From the NCBI RefSeq assembly GCF_009914755.1, contig NC_060935.1: a DNA stretch of 64,000 bases. One strand, written 5' to 3'. Both the position numbers and the translations under genes were made by a program. This DNA is from the human T2T-CHM13v2.0 reference genome, Homo sapiens. The notes beneath the pieces were generated by a model that was given only the letters and a program-made list of their open reading frames with translations, searched no databases and was not told where the DNA came from. Each line of letters starts with the position of its first letter. Position 1 is the stretch's first letter. This document shows, in pieces, positions 58,013 to 64,000 of the stretch.

Positions 58013-60669
58013 AAAAAGACTTTTGTATATAAAGTCAAACATGGGCATGTATGAGAAGGACCTTCACGCACGCACGCACACACACACACACACACCCCCA
58101 AAATGTCCTCAATGGTTGAAACTAAATTTATCTGACATCTTTCTACCACTCTTCAAAGACACTATTAAGTGTTCTCTTTGAAAGTATGTATGCAGAGTGT
58201 TTGTGACGATTCCCTAAAATCCTAAATGCTTGATGTTACCTAAAGTCTTTTGCCAGAATTTCATCACTAATAATTTATATTACATGTCAAGTATTTCCTT
58301 CTATAGAGGATTCATAGTAAGAGATCATTGTATTTTTATATGGATAATAAGGAAAATACATTTTTAAAATATTATCTGCTGCATCAATTTGCATTATTTC
58401 ATTTTTGGTTCAGCGGGTAACTGCAAAAATTCCTTTGCTCTTATTTTTATCAGTGACTTTAAAAATATCACTATCAGCTAAGAGAGTGTGAAACATTTAT
58501 TGAGGACAATTACAATCATTCCATAATGTTTTCCTCTTTTAAAAGTAGAGACTTAACATCTCTTTTCAAATTCAGCATTAGCTAAGTTAGATTTATTGTG
58601 CAGTTAAATTTGCCAATTTTCTTGCCTTTCCTTTTGCTCCTCAAAATGATCTTGTGCACTTATTTACATAATATTCCCTTTGCTGTGTCCACTGGAGAAA
58701 AGTCCTGAGATTAAAAGCTTCTGCTTGCCCTAATTCTCTCTACATAACTTTCTTTTGTCTCATTTTTTTTCTTTCTGATATCTTGGCATGTAAATGTTGA
58801 ATCATATGCTAAAATAAAAATTTCGCAAAAACTATTTTAAAATCCAAAGTAATCTGTGAATAAGAGCAAAATTTAAAAATGTGGCACTAATAAGATAAAC
58901 AGGAATCACTGCAGAGTCGAGAAAATACCTACATTCCATGTTACATATACTGGTCAGGAAAGAACTATAAGAAAATCAGCATTTACTGAGTATTTATTAC
59001 GCGTCAAATACTGCCTGAAGCACCACCAAATATAAATGCATGAATAAATAAATAGTTGGTCATTTCAATATTTGTTTCAAGGTCATAAAGCAATGTATAA
59101 TCTAAAAACTGTTACTTGAGACCAGGTAGATCTTGTTCGAAAGAAAGTCTAAGTTTATTCAATTTATATTCTAATGGGATTAATGGCATCAATATCCAGT
59201 CTTTGGCATTTTTAATACCTACAAAATGGAGAAGACAATATCTCTCAATGTGACTGTTGTGAGCACTGTATGAATGAGTATAATGAAAACCCTGATCATT
59301 ATGCCAAGAATACAGCCCCTCGGGGGTTTGATCCCTCCAGCACCCTCTGGCATAAAAAGTTTTTGTTAGGCAAAGGCAGAAATGTAGGATATGGGAATGT
59401 CAAAGGTCTCTTTTACTTGAAAAAAAACAAAAGTATCTTCTGAAGGGGTAAGCCAAAGGTGTCAGCTTTGCACGTGTGTATAATACTTACTTATTGGCTT
59501 TTCAAAACATCATCTAAATTAAGAGGAGATTGCCAGAACTGGGATCCGAAGGCCATGTTTACCATCTCTGATATCAGCCGAAGAAGGTGCAACTCTCCTA
59601 GTTCTAGATCAGTGCGACCACAGCTGCTGAGCTGCATTCAGCTGAGCAGGTTTCTAGCCTAAATGATTTCACTGACAACATAGTTTTCTTAATTGCCCCA
59701 CACAACACAGTACAGGCTTAACAGACCTAGAAGGCAGTAAGAATAAGCCATCAGAACAATGTGATGAGGACAAAACAGACATCGTGACCTGCTGAAAGCA
59801 CCTCAAGGAAAAAAAAATCACTCCACATGTACAAATATGACTTTCCCTAAAACTCACAGACTCAGAGTCTTAGGGGAGGTTCCCTCAACTCAGAAACATT
59901 GAGTTATTGAGGAATCTGGTTTCTGGCCATAACCTATTTGTGATCCCCCAGGCCCAACCAGAGGCAATTGCAGGAGGCTATGCCTTACAAGATTCACCAG
60001 GAAACGGCTCTCCACAAACAAGACTCAGTGCACAGCCAATAATACACTTCAGGACTCAGCTCCCTCCACCCTCCATACTGGCCAAGCTTTTACACATAAT
60101 CTGCATTTCCAGAACAGGCAGCTCTACTCAGTGGCCTCTTTATCAGGGGCCTTTGGCACTCACCTCTCAGGCAGGACTTCCTTAGGCACCTCTGCCAAAG
60201 TCTCCTTATTGGAGGGTGTGGGAAGGGGAGACGTGGAAGGCACGTTTTCTTCACTCTTAGTGCCTAGTAGTTTTCTGCCGCTAGCTTCTCCCCCTCTTAC
60301 TTTTCCTATCTCTCTTGGGGCTCTCTCAGCAGTGAGGTAACGCCCAGATCTGTGCCGGTCCAGCTGGTCCTAGACTAGCGTTACTCCATGGGGGAAAATA
60401 TGGAATGGGGGAGCCAGTGCTTCCTCCAGTTCAGCCTGTTGCTTATCCTTTGACAGTAAGTGGTTAAAGACTTGACTGATTCCTTCATTTGGACCTGCTG
60501 TCTTAATTGGCTTCTCTAGCACCTGGCAGCTCAGTGCTCTGGCTCTCTCAGTCATCATCCGGTGCTGCACTGCAGCACACCTTGGGAGGTGTGATCCTAA
60601 GGAGTCACGGAGTCTGGAGTCAGATGACTGGATTCACATTCACGCTCTGCTACCTTTTCGGGTTTGACA

Positions 60670-60965
60670 GTTATGAGCTAAATTGTGCCCCACATCCACC
60701 CTGCCAAAAAATTCACATATTGAAATCCGAAATCCCCAGTACCTCTCAATGTGACCATATTTGAAGATAGGGTCTTTAAGGGGTAATTAAAAGGAGGTAA
60801 TTAGCATAGGCCCTAATCAAACATGACTGATATCCTTATAAGAAGAGATCAGAACACAAACACACACAGAGAACAGATCATGTGAAGACACAGGGAGAAG
60901 ACAGCCATCTAGAAACCAAGGAGAGAGGCCTCAGAAGAACCCAAATTATCAGCATGCTGATCTTG
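60670..60965 (+). mobile_element. MLT1B/C-type LTR, 3' truncated
   Basis: AATTCACATATTGAAATCC...CCCCAGTACCTC...GTGACCATATTTGAAGATAGGGTC. Confidence 0.75.
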
Positions 60966-61529
60966 CCAAAGAATGATAGGCAGTTCAAGTATATTGTAAA
61001 TATTTTTAAGATGTTCAGCTTTCATTTTTCTTTTGAATTTGGAAATATATTACCTACTTCTCTTCCATGATTAGGAACCCTGTTCTAGACCCTCTCCACT
61101 ACGTACACTGGAATATTAATCTTTTATCAGATCATTCACTTTTGCCAAATGATTTAACAACTCCTAAATGTCCTGAAGATAATATTTAAACTTCTTGATT
61201 GGGGATGGGGGAGGGTGGTAGAAACAATCTACTAAAATTACTCTATTGAAAAAATCTAACTGAATCACCTACTATTAGCCAGCCCAAATCTTCTACTTTA
61301 GTTACAGTGATAAACTCTTTTCTCCTGGAATCTATGATACTTTCACATTTTGCTTGTGTACATACTTTTATTCTACGATCAAAATCTCTCTCTTTTTACA
61401 TTTAAGCACTTCCTCATTCTTCAGTGCTTATGTTTAGGAGGTATTTTCTTAACATTCTCACTCCTATCAATCTCAAAGCACCAGGAAATAGGAGCTCAGA
61501 AATTAGGTCTTTTAGAAATATATTACGAA

Positions 61530-62110
61530 TTCATTTATTCACTCAATGATTATTGGGAATTCTCTGTTGGCTAAGAATAAGCTACATCTGAATAAAGGAA
61601 ATGAGAAAAATACAGACCTTCTCTCCAAAAGTTTATAATCTATTGGGGTAGGCAGCTACACTACAATCTGCTGAATATTCTCCTTGACATATGAAAAGGA
61701 TGCTTTGTAAACATAGGGAGCATATGCAAACGAAGATGGTCAGAGCAGACTTAGGGTATTTGAGCTGAATCATGAAAAATATAGCATCAGCTGGAGGATA
61801 AAAGAAAAGAAGTCTCTGGGAAAGACATGTTCAGGACACTCCTATTAATTCAACACAGCTGGAGTATGTACTGAAGAGAGTGGTAGAAGGTAGGAGGGAG
61901 GAAGGGACAAAAGAAAAGCTTGGACAGTTGGACAGGGACCAGATCTTGGAGGGATGAATATATCAAGCTAAGGGCCTAGATTTAATTTTGTTAGTGACAA
62001 GATTGCCCTTCTGAAAAGATAATTCTAAAAGAGTGACAGATCGTTTTCAAGAGAATGAGAATGTAGAAAGAGCAACAATTTAAGATGCTGTTTTAGTGAT
62101 TCCAGTAAGA
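61530..62110 (-). mobile_element. L2 fragment
   Basis: TTCATTTATTCACTCAATGATTATTG start; CAGCTGGAG and GGGACCAGATCTTGGAGGG L2-like blocks. Confidence 0.55.
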
Positions 62111-62894
62111 AATGTGTTGCGTAAGTAGAATTCACATATGCCGGGATGAGACCAACAGGTGGCATTTTTTCTACTTCCTATCTAGTTTGAAACAGATACA
62201 TCTTATGGGAGGTAAACTTGCCCCTGCTGGCACATGGCTGAAAGCCACAGATGGAGTCCTGACATGGGGCACAGAATGTGTGTATATGTCTAAATATCCT
62301 CTACTGGAAGAAAATCATAGCCAAAAAGATATTATTAAATATTCAGGAGTGTCAATTACATAAAAGAAAATATGATTTTATGAATATTATCCAGGACAAC
62401 ATCTATTTAACTGTGATGCTTTAGTATTTGTATTTATTTCTTTTATTTAAGCTCTTTCTACACATTTTATCACCCTTCATTGTCTTATTGTCCTGTTTTT
62501 ATTTCTTGTATAATTAATAATTTAGAGGTATAATGTCACTACTTAAAAATTTAGTTGATTTTTATAAACACTATAAACTTAAGATTATTTTATAATGCTG
62601 CTTTAAGACTTTGCTGTCCAATTTTATCGTGTTTTTCTTCTAAAATTATTTAAGGGTAAATATTCTTTCCGCCTAGCACAGTAATTTGTATATCTGAGAA
62701 TTTCTAGGCAATATACTCTGACTTGGGTATTTCATTAAGTATGCTCAATACTTAATATTATGCAATACTTAAATGTGAACATGCTTCCAAGGTGCTGGAT
62801 AAATGAATTAGAAAGGGCTAGCAGCAATGTTTAGTATTGAGCATATACTCTGATTTAGGTATTTATATCTTTTAATCCTTATAAAACTCCATAG

Positions 62895-64000
62895 CCAGTT
62901 CCTGCTGCTAGTGTGGTGAGATCAAGTGTTTTGAGTATCTATTGAAAATGCCATGTGATGCTAATCGTCTCCCGGTGAGCGGTTCCTCTCTCCAGTAAAT
63001 GGTTTATCAGTAAAAACTGATCCCCCACAGTTCTTGCATCGCTTTCATCATATTTACTGCAATACCATAAACCTTGAATAACACATGGGATCCATGGGAA
63101 GTGCCACGGCGATGCTAGAAGAGCACCGAGAAGCAGAGAAAAGTCATGATATTACAAGAAAAAGTTGAATTGCTTGATACGTACCATAGATTGATGTCTG
63201 CAACTGCCTGCCATTTCGAAACAAATGAATCCAGCATAAGGACCATTGTTTTAATAAAATGAAAAGGAAATTTGTGAATTTGTCCCCAGCAGGCATGACA
63301 ACTTTGCATTTTTTGTGAAATACCTTTTTAAACTTGTAAGTGCAGCCTTTACGTGACTGCAGATACGGTATAAGAAAGACATACCTATAGACTCTAATAT
63401 GATTCCAGAAAGAAATGAAGTCATTTTATGACAATTTAAAGTAAAAGGGAGGTGAACCATCTGAAGTGACAAATTTAATGCCAGCAAAGAATGGTGTGAT
63501 GATTGTAGAAGATTTGGCTTCAAAAATGTCAAGATCAGGAGAAGCAGCTTCTGCCAACTAAGAGACAGCAGACAGGATCCCAGATGCCATTAAGAAAATA
63601 ATTGAGGAGAAAGGATATCTATCTGCCTGCACAGGTTCTTAATACAGATGAAAGTGTCCTATTAAGATGCACAAAGGACATTTATTAATAAGGAAGATAA
63701 ACAAATACCAGGTTATAAAGCAGCAAAGGATAGGGTAACTCTGCTTTGTATAAATCTAGCCTGGTTTGTGATCAGGACTGCCCTTCTCTGCCCTTATCTG
63801 CTACCTAAATCAGGGTACATGCTCGATACTTAACATTGCTGCTAGCTCCTTCTAATTCATTTATCAAGCACCTTGGAAGCATGTTCATATTTAAGTATTG
63901 CATAATATTAAGTATTGAGCGTACTTAATGAAATACCTATAAATATAAAGCTGCTAACTCCAGTGTCTGAAGGGAAAATAATAAGCACCAGCTGCCAGTC
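62895..64000 (+). mobile_element. Tigger2 (pogo-like) transposase fragment, left TIR not seen, runs off the window
   Basis: Degenerate transposase N-terminus (KQRKVMILQEKVELLDTYHRL...NESSIRTIV); catalytic region start VLNTDESVL. Confidence 0.85.
63802..63937 (-). repeat. 136-bp inverted copy of 62726-62861 inserted into Tigger2
   Basis: Manual alignment: 9 mismatches in 136 bp, no gaps. Confidence 0.93.

Overview
AT-rich, repeat-dense primate (very likely human) genomic DNA. No intact protein-coding gene, RNA gene or CRISPR array is visible, and nearly all long ORF-track entries derive from L1, Alu, LTR or low-complexity sequence. Repeats: a twin-primed (5'-inverted) L1PA with a nested L1 (1-4668); a truncated class III (ERVL/HERV-S-like) provirus with integrase and a recognisable env remnant, interrupted by a two-LTR MST element (10545-15833); ten Alus, six of them in three tightly spaced inverted pairs; several MaLR/ERV solo LTRs with perfect TSDs; and DNA transposons (MER20, MER47, MER1, MER5, Zaphod-like, Tigger2). 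The main unexplained structure is a chain of eight minus-strand exon-like blocks in the unique sequence, each with canonical splice signals. It runs from an ATG inside an RFX X-box cluster (50793) to a terminal exon with AATAAA (18510) and splices without frameshift into a 193-codon, stop-interrupted reading frame with hydrophobic N- and C-terminal segments. This is a candidate unitary pseudogene or spliced lncRNA, and it also carries an open 115-aa ORF in another frame. Repeat family names are from recalled consensus features and need RepeatMasker/Dfam confirmation.
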